DNA of 62,720 nucleotides from Patescibacteria group bacterium (GTDB lineage Bacteria; Patescibacteriota; Patescibacteriia; Patescibacteriales; UBA12465): NCBI GenBank assembly GCA_041656935.1, contig JBBACQ010000006.1, positions 1 to 62,720 of the forward strand, read 5' to 3'. Shown piece by piece: positions 27,989 to 37,937 of this stretch (position 1 is its first letter; each line of letters starts with the position of its first letter). The notes under the pieces were generated by a model. It saw only the letters and a program-made list of their open reading frames with translations, ran no database searches and was not told where the DNA came from. The position numbers and the translations under genes were made by a program.

Positions 27989-28960
27989 TTAAAAAATTAA
28001 TTTTTTAGATTTTATTTTTTCTAATTCCCCCTTATTAAAAAGAGAAATGTTTCTGAAAGCCTGAATGAACATCTGATTAAATGATTCAAAAGTTAATCCA
28101 GCAATATGAGGGGTTAAAACAACATTATCTAATTTTAGAAAAGGACTATTCTTGTCTAGAGGCTCTAAAGAATAAACATCTAACCCAGCACCACCTATTC
28201 TTCCTTTTTTTAAACTTCTAAGCAAATCTTTTTCATTAATCAATTTTCCTCGAGAAGTGTTTATTATAATTGATCCTGGCTTCATTTTCGACAAAACCTT
28301 ATTATTAATCAAATCCTTTGTTGCTGAAGTTAAGGGACAATGTAGACTTAAAATATCAACCTTTTTTATTAATTCTAAAAAAGAACAATATTTCAAATTT
28401 AATTTTTTCTCATCTTTAAGGTTTAGTCTTTGAGGTTTATAATAAAAAACTTCAGCTCCGAAAACATTTAATATCTGAGAAACTTTAAGGCCAATATTTC
28501 CTAGCCCAATCAACCCAATTTTTTTATTAAAAAGTTCAAAAGATTGGACTCCAATTTCATCTCTCGACCACTCTCCCCTTCTAATATTAGAATTAAATAA
28601 TAATATTTTTCTTAAGACCGCTAATATTAATAAAATAGTATGCTCAACCGCCGAATTAGAATTAATACCATAATTTATATAGACCGGAATATTCTTCTGT
28701 TTAAGTGTCTTTAGATCGAGATTATCAACTCCAACTCCAACTCTCTGAATCATTTTTAATTTAGAAGCTAGATTAATAATCTCCGTGTCAATAATATTTT
28801 TCCCACCCGCTAAAAAATAATCGGCCGAACTAGCCTTTTTCAGAAACTCTTTTCTATCATTAGACTTTAACGATAAAAAAACAAAACCACGAGGAATGCT
28901 TTTTTGAATAATATTTAAGGCTTTTTGACTGTATTTAGTTGTTAATAAAATAGTTGGCAT
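27989..28960 (-). CDS. D-isomer-specific 2-hydroxyacid dehydrogenase
   Basis: GVGVDNLD, GLIGLGNIG, SLHCPLT, INTSRG, GLDVY..EP, TPHIAG. Confidence 0.92.
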   Translation of the reverse strand: MPTILLTTKYSQKALNIIQKSIPRGFVFLSLKSNDRKEFLKKASSADYFLAGGKNIIDTEIINLASKLKMIQRVGVGVDNLDLKTLKQKNIPVYINYGINSNSAVEHTILLILAVLRKILLFNSNIRRGEWSRDEIGVQSFELFNKKIGLIGLGNIGLKVSQILNVFGAEVFYYKPQRLNLKDEKKLNLKYCSFLELIKKVDILSLHCPLTSATKDLINNKVLSKMKPGSIIINTSRGKLINEKDLLRSLKKGRIGGAGLDVYSLEPLDKNSPFLKLDNVVLTPHIAGLTFESFNQMFIQAFRNISLFNKGELEKIKSKKLIF

Positions 28961-28998
28961 TTAAAAAATTTATTTTATCATTAACTTAAAAAATTTGA

Positions 28999-29886
28999 TT
29001 ACAAATTTCCTTTAGAATAAACAGCTTCAGGATAATAAGTATCAATCATTCTTTTAACTAATGAAACCTGCTTAGCTCTTTGCTTAGCTTCACTAGCACT
29101 AGTATCCCAGGAATGAGTTTTAGCGACTGAACCACCTGTTTTTAAATAAATCGGGGCCCCGACTCTTATCATTTCTGGAACCTCATAATGTCTTATAAAA
29201 CCGCCAGAGGAAGCGGGATTTTCAGTGTGAACATCGATTGGAATATCAACTGTTTTTCTAATACTAGAAATCATTTGTAGCTGAATATCACGAACCAAAT
29301 TTACGGAATTAGCTCCCAATTTTTCTAATACTTTGACCGAACAAGGATTCCCATGCCCACAATGAGCTGAAACTTTAAATTTTATCTCTTGAGGAATTTC
29401 TTTCTGTTGACGCATCTCATCTAACACCCATAATAAACCCTCATCATAAACTAAAAAATTAGAACAACCGAAGCTAATTGCTCTTTTTATGTCTTCGATA
29501 GCTCTGACTATCTGGTCTTGCCCACGCAAACGAAGCCCCATTTTTTGACCCTCTGGAGTTTGCACTGAAGCCCCAGTATCATAAGTTGATCTTGGCCCCA
29601 CGGCTAAAACTAGCTCAACCTTCCATTTCTCTGCTAAAAAAACCATTTCTTTTATGTCGTTATCGGAAAGCAACATAATCCCCTTAGTTTGAGTAACTCT
29701 ATGAATACTCAAAGAAAGACTATCCAACTCCTCTAATAAAACCCGCATAGCTTCTGGACCCTGTATTCCAGGAACTTCAAATCTATACTGAGCGCCATCA
29801 GAAAATCTTTTGTCAGAAGAAGCTAGGCTATAATCATCACCCGAAGGTAAACCTATTTTATTTAAAAATTCTTTAGTTTTAATCAT
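28999..29886 (-). CDS. U32-peptidase-like TIM-barrel protein (short subfamily)
   Basis: KRF.DGAQYRFEVP, GPR..YD.G, LVYDEG, KVS...GHGNP, IPIDVH, FIRHYE.PE. Likely start MIKTKEF at 29886 (ORF track starts at 29976). Confidence 0.65.
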   Translation of the reverse strand: MIKTKEFLNKIGLPSGDDYSLASSDKRFSDGAQYRFEVPGIQGPEAMRVLLEELDSLSLSIHRVTQTKGIMLLSDNDIKEMVFLAEKWKVELVLAVGPRSTYDTGASVQTPEGQKMGLRLRGQDQIVRAIEDIKRAISFGCSNFLVYDEGLLWVLDEMRQQKEIPQEIKFKVSAHCGHGNPCSVKVLEKLGANSVNLVRDIQLQMISSIRKTVDIPIDVHTENPASSGGFIRHYEVPEMIRVGAPIYLKTGGSVAKTHSWDTSASEAKQRAKQVSLVKRMIDTYYPEAVYSKGNL

Positions 29887-29923
29887 ATTTTTATTTTTTA
29901 GAATTAATAATCCATTATATATA

Positions 29924-31300
29924 CTATAACAATTTAATGATTTTGTCCATATTGTTTTTCTCCAAATTCCAAACATTTAAAATAATTTTGCTTATTTCTT
30001 CTCTTTTTTTACCACTAAAAATAGCTAAAGAAGAAAATTTGGCCTCTAATTCTTCTTTCTGAAGGGGTTTTTCGGGCTCTCCCTTGGGAAGATCTACCCT
30101 TTCAGAATAAACTTTCTTATCTTTTGTAATTATTTCAACTATAGTTGGACGTTTTTGAGGTAAAAATTTATCTAATTTTTTATCAGGCTGAATCTTAATC
30201 TTTTTTAATAAAGCTAAAACTCTTTTATCCTTTATAGTTAGAGAAGAAAATTCATTAATCCCAACCTTTCCAAAAATTAAAGCCACCGCTACGCTATAAG
30301 GGATACTCATCTTAGCTGAACTAACATTTAATATATCAACATGATCATGATTATCAATAGCCAATTGATAAATTTTTATTTTTATTTTTTCAATATTTTC
30401 AACTTTAATTTTTTCTTTTAATTTTAAATTTAAGACCGCTTCAATAGCTGAATGACCGAGACGACATGAGAAATAAGGTTTAAAATAAATTTTTTCAATC
30501 TCTAAATAATTATTTTTCTTTCTAGTTAAATAATCTAAATTACATTTACCGGCCATAATTTTTATAAAACCATTCTCTCCAGACAAAACATCATTTGGAC
30601 CATTAAATCCAGCCTTAGCCGAAAAGACAGCCACTAAGCCCGAAAGAGCTGCCTGACCAACATTAAACGGTTTTAACTCTGAAGCATCTTCAAAAACTTT
30701 TAACAATCCCGAAGAAGCTCCAATCGCAGTTGAAAAAGAATCTTTAAATTGTTTTTTAGATAAATTAAGTGCCGTTGCGACACCGATAGCGGAACCAATA
30801 ACTCCGCAAGTCCCGGTTGTATGATAGCCACGAGCCCTATGGAATGGATATATAGAAGTAGCAAGTTTAATAGAGGCTTCATAACCAACTATAATCCCTC
30901 TCAAAAAATCCCGACCTGACAGCTTCTCCTTCTCGGCCACGGACAATAAAGCTGAAATAATTGGGGCTCCGGGATGAAAACTAGCAAATCTAATTCCGTC
31001 ATCAACCTCGGCTACATGAGCATTAATACCGTTAACTAAAGCTGAGGTTAGAATGGTTCCCCTTTTTTTACTACCAATTATTTTTACTTCGCCGTCCCCA
31101 TGGTTTAAGCTTTCTAAAATTAATCCTCCTTTTTTATCTAATATTTTAGCTCCAGCTAAAGTTGCCCCCAGATAATCTAATAAACATTTTTTAGCTTGAA
31201 AAATAATATCATCAGAAAAAAAAGATTTATTTAAATTAAATAAATAATCTATAAACTCATCGGTAATATTATTTTTTTCTTTGGTTTTTTTTCTAGTCAT
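29924..31300 (-). CDS. MmgE/PrpD-family protein
   Basis: LLDYLG, NGINAH..EVDD..HPG, RG.HTTG, K....G.AA..G, KPY.SC...H, KGEPE.P. Confidence 0.92.
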   Translation of the reverse strand: MTRKKTKEKNNITDEFIDYLFNLNKSFFSDDIIFQAKKCLLDYLGATLAGAKILDKKGGLILESLNHGDGEVKIIGSKKRGTILTSALVNGINAHVAEVDDGIRFASFHPGAPIISALLSVAEKEKLSGRDFLRGIIVGYEASIKLATSIYPFHRARGYHTTGTCGVIGSAIGVATALNLSKKQFKDSFSTAIGASSGLLKVFEDASELKPFNVGQAALSGLVAVFSAKAGFNGPNDVLSGENGFIKIMAGKCNLDYLTRKKNNYLEIEKIYFKPYFSCRLGHSAIEAVLNLKLKEKIKVENIEKIKIKIYQLAIDNHDHVDILNVSSAKMSIPYSVAVALIFGKVGINEFSSLTIKDKRVLALLKKIKIQPDKKLDKFLPQKRPTIVEIITKDKKVYSERVDLPKGEPEKPLQKEELEAKFSSLAIFSGKKREEISKIILNVWNLEKNNMDKIIKLL

Positions 31301-31311
31301 CGCTTTGTTTT

Positions 31312-32442
31312 TTATCTTTTACAAAAACTTCTTATTATTTTCACAACTTTTTTCATATCATTTATATCTAAATCGGGATAAATCGGCAGACAAATAACAC
31401 TCCGCGAAGCTTTTTCAGCTACTGGAAATTTAAAATTATGTTTTTTATCTTTATATATACTAAAATTAGTTATTAAAGGATAAAAATATTTTCTAGGAAA
31501 AATATTATTTTTCTTAAATTCATTATACAAACTATCTCCACTTTTACCATATTTTTTTTGATCTATAAAAATAGGAAAATACGAATAATTGTGTCTAACT
31601 CCCTCTACATCGCCCAAAAAAGAAACTCCCGGAATTTTCCCTAAAAGTTCTCGGTACTTAAAGGCAATATTTTTTATTTTTTCAATATTTTTATCAACAT
31701 GTTTTAATTGTAATAAACCAAAGGCTGATTGAACTTCGTCTAATTTAGAATTAAAACCAATAGATTCAATATCTAATTTTTTACCTTTAGAAATAAAACC
31801 AAAATTTTTAAAGCGGTCTAATTTTTCTTTAATTTTTTTATTTTTAGAAATAACAGCCCCTCCTTCAAAAGTGCTAAAAACCTTAGTGGCATGAAAACTA
31901 GCAACTGAAAGATCTCCTAAATTAAAAATAGATTGATTATTAACCTTTACTCCAAAAGCGTGGCAAGCATCATAAATAACTTTTAATTTATGTTTTTTGG
32001 CGATAGCTTCTATTTCCTTAAAAGAACAAGGGTTGCCATAAACATGAACCGGAAGAATAGCTGTGGTTTTAGAAGTTATCGCTTGCTCAATTTTATTAGG
32101 ATCTAAATTAAGATTAATTGGGTCAACATCGACAAAAACTGGCTTATTATTATTCCATAAGATAGAATTAGCGGTGGCCACAAAAGTATAAGGTGTGGTT
32201 ATTACCTCACCTTTTATGTCTAAAACCCTTAAAGCCGAAATTAAGGCTGATGTTCCGTTGGAAAATAAAGAAATGTATTTTACCCCTAAATACTTAGCTA
32301 CCTCTCTTTCAAATTCCTTATAAAAAGGACCACTGTTTGTTAAAATTTTATTCTGCCAAATCTTTTTTAAATAAGGCAAATATTCTTTTAAATCTGGCAG
32401 AGATGGTCGAGAAACACAAATTTTTTTATTTTTTTTATTCAT
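31312..32442 (-). CDS. vioA: DegT/DnrJ-family sugar aminotransferase, VioA-like (dTDP-4-amino-4,6-dideoxy-glucose transaminase)
   Basis: PSLP.L.EY.PYL.KIW.NK.LTN.GP, YDACHAFGV, SFHATKVF.TFEGGA (PLP Lys), RKYFYPLI; closely matches recalled E. coli VioA. Confidence 0.8.
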   Translation of the reverse strand: MNKKNKKICVSRPSLPDLKEYLPYLKKIWQNKILTNSGPFYKEFEREVAKYLGVKYISLFSNGTSALISALRVLDIKGEVITTPYTFVATANSILWNNNKPVFVDVDPINLNLDPNKIEQAITSKTTAILPVHVYGNPCSFKEIEAIAKKHKLKVIYDACHAFGVKVNNQSIFNLGDLSVASFHATKVFSTFEGGAVISKNKKIKEKLDRFKNFGFISKGKKLDIESIGFNSKLDEVQSAFGLLQLKHVDKNIEKIKNIAFKYRELLGKIPGVSFLGDVEGVRHNYSYFPIFIDQKKYGKSGDSLYNEFKKNNIFPRKYFYPLITNFSIYKDKKHNFKFPVAEKASRSVICLPIYPDLDINDMKKVVKIIRSFCKR

Positions 32443-33382
32443 AAAATGATTTTTTAATAGTATAAATAAATATTACAACTTTTTTAACAAAATTAAAAAG
32501 GTATATTTTCTTTAAAAAATTTTTGATACCATAAAAACGTAGTAAATATTTAAGAACGCCTCTGTCATTATCGAAATTATATTCAATTTTATAAGGATGT
32601 TTTAGGGGCAGATTAATCTCTTCTTTTATTGATAATATTTTTTCTATATTATAAGAAAATAAGGTGTTAGTAGAATTAATTCCGAAGCCAATATTTGAAA
32701 CTAAATTTTTATTAGGACATACGCACAAACCATTTTTTGAAAAAACCAAAAAGGTTAAACTATAATCCCAAGTATCTATTCTTCTATTTTTATATAGATT
32801 AAAAGTATCAATCCAATAATTCTGAACTTTTTTATTACTAAAACTCCTTCTAACTATTTCATCTTTGTAAGTGGCCATTTCTAAATCAAGCTCCCGCCAA
32901 ACCCTTTTCCAGGTTGCCCATCCCCAAATTTGTGGAATCTTAGAAAAATAATAATCAGCCTCACCAACCTTTTTTTTATTGAAATTATTACCACTAATAA
33001 CTAAAATGTCATCACGATGTTCATACTTTTTTAATAATGATTCACAAAAATAAAAGAAAGATTTGCTAGGTAAACAATCATCTTCCAATATAATTCCCTG
33101 ATTAACCTCATCAAAAAACCAATCAATAGCTGAGCTAACCGATAATTTGCACCCTAAATTTTTATCTCTAAACAGGGTTTTTATTTCACATTCCCAATCA
33201 ATATTGTCCATAACAAATTTTCGACAAATATTACAATTATTAACTTCTTTAGGATCATCACTAGCTGGGCCATCGGCTGCTACAAATAAAAATTTAGGCT
33301 TAATCTTCCTTATTTCAGAAAAAACCTTTATTGTTACATCCGGTCTATTATAAATCATAAATAATACTGGGGTTTCAAACAT
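32435..33382 (-). CDS. Nucleotide-diphospho-sugar transferase (HlpA-like GT-A)
   Basis: TPVLF..YNRPD, LFVAADGP, NLGC, GIILEDDC.P, IWGWATW.R.W, WDY, NL.SNIGFG. Likely start at 33382. Confidence 0.85.
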   Translation of the reverse strand: MFETPVLFMIYNRPDVTIKVFSEIRKIKPKFLFVAADGPASDDPKEVNNCNICRKFVMDNIDWECEIKTLFRDKNLGCKLSVSSAIDWFFDEVNQGIILEDDCLPSKSFFYFCESLLKKYEHRDDILVISGNNFNKKKVGEADYYFSKIPQIWGWATWKRVWRELDLEMATYKDEIVRRSFSNKKVQNYWIDTFNLYKNRRIDTWDYSLTFLVFSKNGLCVCPNKNLVSNIGFGINSTNTLFSYNIEKILSIKEEINLPLKHPYKIEYNFDNDRGVLKYLLRFYGIKNFLKKIYLFNFVKKVVIFIYTIKKSFYE

Positions 33383-33398
33383 AAAATTACTCTTAAAC

Positions 33399-34184
33399 TT
33401 ATTTAATATAATTATTATTAAAAAAATTAACAAAAAAACAAATAATTCGACCTATCAACATCTCAATAAAATTTAAATATCTTCTTTGGACTAAATGAAC
33501 ATTTCTGCTATTTTCATTTTTTTTAAAAAAATCAGAGGATTGCGACCCAAGTCTTAAAGAAAAACAACTTAAAACCCTATTATAATAAAACCACCGTGTT
33601 TTTTTTCTAATTCTTAACCAAAAATCAAAATCCATCGCCGAAGTTATATTTTCATCAAAAGATCCAAATTTTTCAAAAACACTTCTTTTTATAAAAACAG
33701 ACTGATGTGGTATATAATTATAAAATTTTAATAAATAATTTTTAAAAAAATCTTTTTCTTTTCTTTTCCAAATGTTTTTTTCAGGAAAGAATCCTTTAAA
33801 AACAGAATCCTTCGAAACACTAATCTTTCCATAAATCCAATCGGGATAGTTATTATTTTCCAAAAAATTAATCACATCTCCTAGAACATTGTTATCAAAA
33901 AAATAATCATCAGAATGTAAGTGCACAATATATTGACCCGAAGACCTTTCTACTCCTTTATTCATGGCATCAGAAATCCCCTTAGCTTTAAATTGAAAAA
34001 AGGAAACTTTTTCTGGGAAATCATCTCTATATTTTTCAATAATATCAACTGTTCCATCCGTTGAGAAACCATCGATAAAAATATGTTCAAAATCTAAAAA
34101 ATTTTGTTCTTTAACACTGTTGATATTCCTTTGTAAATACTCAGCACTATTAAATGTGCAAGTTATTATTGATATCTTTTTCAT
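33399..34184 (-). CDS. Glycosyltransferase family 2
   Basis: SIITCTFNS, IDGFSTDGT, GISDAMNKG, LHSDD, PHQSVF, MDFDFW. Confidence 0.9.
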   Translation of the reverse strand: MKKISIITCTFNSAEYLQRNINSVKEQNFLDFEHIFIDGFSTDGTVDIIEKYRDDFPEKVSFFQFKAKGISDAMNKGVERSSGQYIVHLHSDDYFFDNNVLGDVINFLENNNYPDWIYGKISVSKDSVFKGFFPEKNIWKRKEKDFFKNYLLKFYNYIPHQSVFIKRSVFEKFGSFDENITSAMDFDFWLRIRKKTRWFYYNRVLSCFSLRLGSQSSDFFKKNENSRNVHLVQRRYLNFIEMLIGRIICFFVNFFNNNYIK

Positions 34185-35415
34185 TTATTATCTTTTTATA
34201 TAAATCTAAATTTTTATTAGCTACAACTTCACTATCAAATTCATTCGAAACCTTCTCTCTAACACTAGAACTAATAATATCATAATCAGGATTGTTTACA
34301 ACCCAATCAATACCTTTCATAAAATCATCTAAATCGAAAGGGTTAACCAAATAACCATTTTTTTGGTGATTAATAACATCTCTCAGCCCTGTTAAGTTAA
34401 ATCCTACGACCGGGACACCACAAGACATGGACTCAATTGGAGTTTTAGGAAAACAATCCTGAATACTTGGCATAATAAAGACATCAGCTGAATTATATAA
34501 TAATCTCAATGAAATATTATCATTTAAATAACCAAAGAATCTAATTTTATATTTTTTTTCTAATTCTTTATTGTAATCGTTTGAACCAAAAGATATTATT
34601 TCATAATTCATTCTTTTTAAATCTGGAATCATTTGCAATAAATATTCAAATCCCTTTCTTTTGTCATGGATGGCATCAATTGCTCCAAAAAGAATAATCT
34701 TCTTATTTTGGGGCAAATCTAAAACTTTTCTAGCTAATACTTTGTCAATCGGAAAAAAGATATTTTTATCTATAGCGTTGGGAACCAATAATATTTTTCT
34801 ATCTTTAAACAAAGAACTTTTTTCAGCGCACTCTTTAATCCATGAACTAAGAGCAACTATTGTTAAATTGGATAATCTGGAAAATACTTTATTTTTCTTA
34901 TGCCAAACAAAATGACTCAAATCTTTTTTTCTGCTACTATTTAAAATCTTACAATTACCACATTTCTCCTTATACAAACCACAATTCTCATCATAGTGAC
35001 AACCACCCGTAAAAGGCCACATGTCTCTCAGCGTCCAAACTATAGGTTTATTTATTTTTTTAAGGTCACTAATTTTAACCATTCCTAAATTCACCCAATG
35101 GAGATGAATAATATCCGGATTAATTTCCTTTATTTTCTTTAAAAACCAAGGAAAAGAAAATAAAGATGGACTAAACAAAGCATTTCTTCTTTTTTTATAA
35201 AAATTAACTAAAATTGAATTGAAAAAATTAAAGAATACAGCTAATATTTTTTGTTTCTTATTATCAAAGCTAATAACCGAACAATCATCACTGAATTTAT
35301 CTTGAACCAACATTAAGCTTTCTACGCCTTTTTTAATTAAAGCCCGATGTAATATATAAGCCCCTTTACCAGCCCCGCTAGAAATATCATTTGTACTAAT
35401 ATGTAATATTCTCAT
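34150..35415 (-). CDS. Glycosyltransferase family 4 (WcaC-like)
   Basis: SGAGKGA..LH.AL, DIIHLHW, WTLRDMW.FTGGCHY, KRKG, PSIQD.FP.T.IESM.CG.PV. Confidence 0.88.
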   Translation of the reverse strand: MRILHISTNDISSGAGKGAYILHRALIKKGVESLMLVQDKFSDDCSVISFDNKKQKILAVFFNFFNSILVNFYKKRRNALFSPSLFSFPWFLKKIKEINPDIIHLHWVNLGMVKISDLKKINKPIVWTLRDMWPFTGGCHYDENCGLYKEKCGNCKILNSSRKKDLSHFVWHKKNKVFSRLSNLTIVALSSWIKECAEKSSLFKDRKILLVPNAIDKNIFFPIDKVLARKVLDLPQNKKIILFGAIDAIHDKRKGFEYLLQMIPDLKRMNYEIISFGSNDYNKELEKKYKIRFFGYLNDNISLRLLYNSADVFIMPSIQDCFPKTPIESMSCGVPVVGFNLTGLRDVINHQKNGYLVNPFDLDDFMKGIDWVVNNPDYDIISSSVREKVSNEFDSEVVANKNLDLYKKIINEKDINNNLHI

Positions 35416-35427
35416 AATAAAATAAAG

Positions 35428-37932
35428 CTAATCTAATATTTTTAAAAAAATATTATCCTCTTTAAATATTTTGTCCATTCTTTCTTTTATTATTAAACTA
35501 TTATTCTCTCTATTTACACTAAGATCCTGTATTAAATCTAATAATTTGCTTTCTCCTAAATCTTTATTAAAGTCAAAAAGATATTTTTCTTGAGAAAAAA
35601 AATGTAATAATTCTTTATACTTTATTGCCCAACCGATTGATATAACAGGTATATTTTTCTTATAAGCATGAATAATGGAATGATATCTTGAGGCGACTAA
35701 AAAATCGAATTTGGAAATAATTTTTTCTAATTCTATACAATTCAAATCATCTGAAATTAATTTTACTTTTTCATTTTTCCTAAATATTTTTTTTAATTCT
35801 GAGCAAACACTAAAATCTTCTGAAGAATGTCTTAAAATATAAACATTTTTATCTAAAGCTAATAATCCGTTTATAATTTTCTCATAAAGTTGGAAGAAAA
35901 CTTCTCGATTCATTCTTTCATAAACTCTTTCGTTAGGAACGATTCCAACTGAATTATTTAGTATTTCAAAATCTCTAATAATAGGCTCTTGTGAAAAAAT
36001 ATTATTTAGATTATATTCTTCGCTAGACAGAACAACATCTCTTTTAAAATAGACATTATTGAGAGAATACTTTTTCATCTTCTCAAGACCATCCTGCTCT
36101 CTAACAAAAATACTTTTGGGATATTTTAGATACCTTTTCAAGAAAAATTTTAGATTAACATCATAAATAAAAGGATAATCAAAGGGACCAACAGACTGAG
36201 GAAAAATATAATAAGGGATAGAAAATCTTTTAGCTATTGCTATCGGCAATAAATAATTAAGGGAAAATATAAAATTCCTAAAAGATTTATTAGAAAAATT
36301 AGAAGATAGAGTATATCCGCTCAAGTCTAAAAAATACTTAGTATTAGCTATAATATCCGACATATCTTTTTCTAAACAATTAACAATTTTCCTATTAGAC
36401 CAAAAAGAATTTTTCAGTAAATTCAACTTAATCTTATTATTCCAAGGTTTAATTAGAAAATTATAGCTTTCTTTTTCCTTAGAATCTCTTTTAAAATCAG
36501 AATCAGAAAATAAATATATATTTAATCCTGGATTTTTTCTTTTAATACTATCAATCGCCGTGAAAGCCATGGCCTGAGAGCCTCTATTAGAAAAGTTTAT
36601 TCCTAGCAAAATAATATTGTTTTTAGAAGCATCCTCATTATATTTTTTTTGACGGAACAACAAAACTAAAAATAATAAAAATTCTGTTTTAAATAAATCT
36701 TCAAAAAGTAAGAATAAATTGTATAACTTTATTTTTATTTTATTAAAAAATAAAAAAATAGAAATTACCTTAAAACTATAATTTTCACCTAAAAATATTT
36801 TTCTTTTCCTCTTTTTTAGTTTTCTCTTAATTTTACAAAAATTGCTACTTTTATCTCTAAATAATTTCAAAAAATCTAAATTTTCTTTCTTTTGAGACAA
36901 ACCTTGTGAAATAATTAAAGATTTTTCACTTGATTCCTCTATATTAAACAAGTAGGAAAACTCATCAAAAATTTCTTTTCCTTTTTTAGTTCTTACTATT
37001 ACGCTTGATCTTCCTGGCCTTTCCTTGCCTCCGATAAAACAATCACCACAAGATATATCTGAATCCTTATTTAATTTATCTAGACAATAAAGACATCTTT
37101 CAAGTTGAAAATAATCTTTAACCCTTATTCTTTCCCCCATATCAACAATAATTTCTCTCCTTGAATCGAAAAAAAGCTTTACATGACCAGGCCAACCATC
37201 TTTCTCTTTATTTTTAAAATGAATATTAATTAATTTTTCTCCTTTTTTTGAATATTTATCATTAAAATAATTGATAACGTTAAAATTTAAAGTTCTTTCA
37301 CAAAATAAACCTAAAAATAACAAATTAGAATCATTTATTTTTTTCTCTGCTATATATTTCTTCAACCCTTTTATTTGGCAAGGCGTTCCAACAATCACAT
37401 AATTAGGATTGTCCTCTTTTTTGATTTGATTAACAACATTATATATCGAAGCTGGAATATATTTTGACTTAGAAGATTTAAAAACATCCTCTTTATTTTT
37501 AACCAACTCTAATCTAGCGGGTCTATGTTCAAGGTTATCGAAAGGTAAAACAAAAACTCCCTTAAATCTCCCCAACTCTAAAAGTTTGGCTAATAAACTT
37601 GTAATAATACCTCCACTAGTAGAATTATTTAAAATTTTGTCATCTTTAGTATAGGCAGAATAAATATTTATAAAATTTCCCAATATTTTTTTCTCTAAGT
37701 TTTCTTCATAATTTTGAAAGTCCTCCCTAATTAAAACACCCGGACAAACATTTAAGCAAAGACCACATTTAAGACACTTAGCTTTGTCAATTTTAGGTAA
37801 TAATTGCCCTCTCACTAGCTCTATTTCAATAGCCTCAACCGGACAACAGGCCCTGCAAAGCTCACAAGAAACACACAAATTTCTAAGTTTAATATTTTCA
37901 ACATTTTCTCTATTATTCATACATTTAAACAA
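35428..37932 (-). CDS. Fusion: 2x[4Fe-4S] ferredoxin + F420-hydrogenase beta (FrhB/FdhB)-like domain + polysaccharide pyruvyl transferase (WcaK-like)
   Basis: CVSCELCRACCP and CLKCGLCLNVCP; STSGG.IT, SKY, VGTPCQI, GLFC, C..C.D...DIS.GD; then NRGSQAM, FPQSVGPF, IFVRE, VASRYH, IGWAIKY. Confidence 0.85.
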   Translation of the reverse strand: MFKCMNNRENVENIKLRNLCVSCELCRACCPVEAIEIELVRGQLLPKIDKAKCLKCGLCLNVCPGVLIREDFQNYEENLEKKILGNFINIYSAYTKDDKILNNSTSGGIITSLLAKLLELGRFKGVFVLPFDNLEHRPARLELVKNKEDVFKSSKSKYIPASIYNVVNQIKKEDNPNYVIVGTPCQIKGLKKYIAEKKINDSNLLFLGLFCERTLNFNVINYFNDKYSKKGEKLINIHFKNKEKDGWPGHVKLFFDSRREIIVDMGERIRVKDYFQLERCLYCLDKLNKDSDISCGDCFIGGKERPGRSSVIVRTKKGKEIFDEFSYLFNIEESSEKSLIISQGLSQKKENLDFLKLFRDKSSNFCKIKRKLKKRKRKIFLGENYSFKVISIFLFFNKIKIKLYNLFLLFEDLFKTEFLLFLVLLFRQKKYNEDASKNNIILLGINFSNRGSQAMAFTAIDSIKRKNPGLNIYLFSDSDFKRDSKEKESYNFLIKPWNNKIKLNLLKNSFWSNRKIVNCLEKDMSDIIANTKYFLDLSGYTLSSNFSNKSFRNFIFSLNYLLPIAIAKRFSIPYYIFPQSVGPFDYPFIYDVNLKFFLKRYLKYPKSIFVREQDGLEKMKKYSLNNVYFKRDVVLSSEEYNLNNIFSQEPIIRDFEILNNSVGIVPNERVYERMNREVFFQLYEKIINGLLALDKNVYILRHSSEDFSVCSELKKIFRKNEKVKLISDDLNCIELEKIISKFDFLVASRYHSIIHAYKKNIPVISIGWAIKYKELLHFFSQEKYLFDFNKDLGESKLLDLIQDLSVNRENNSLIIKERMDKIFKEDNIFLKILD

Positions 37933-37937
37933 AATTT

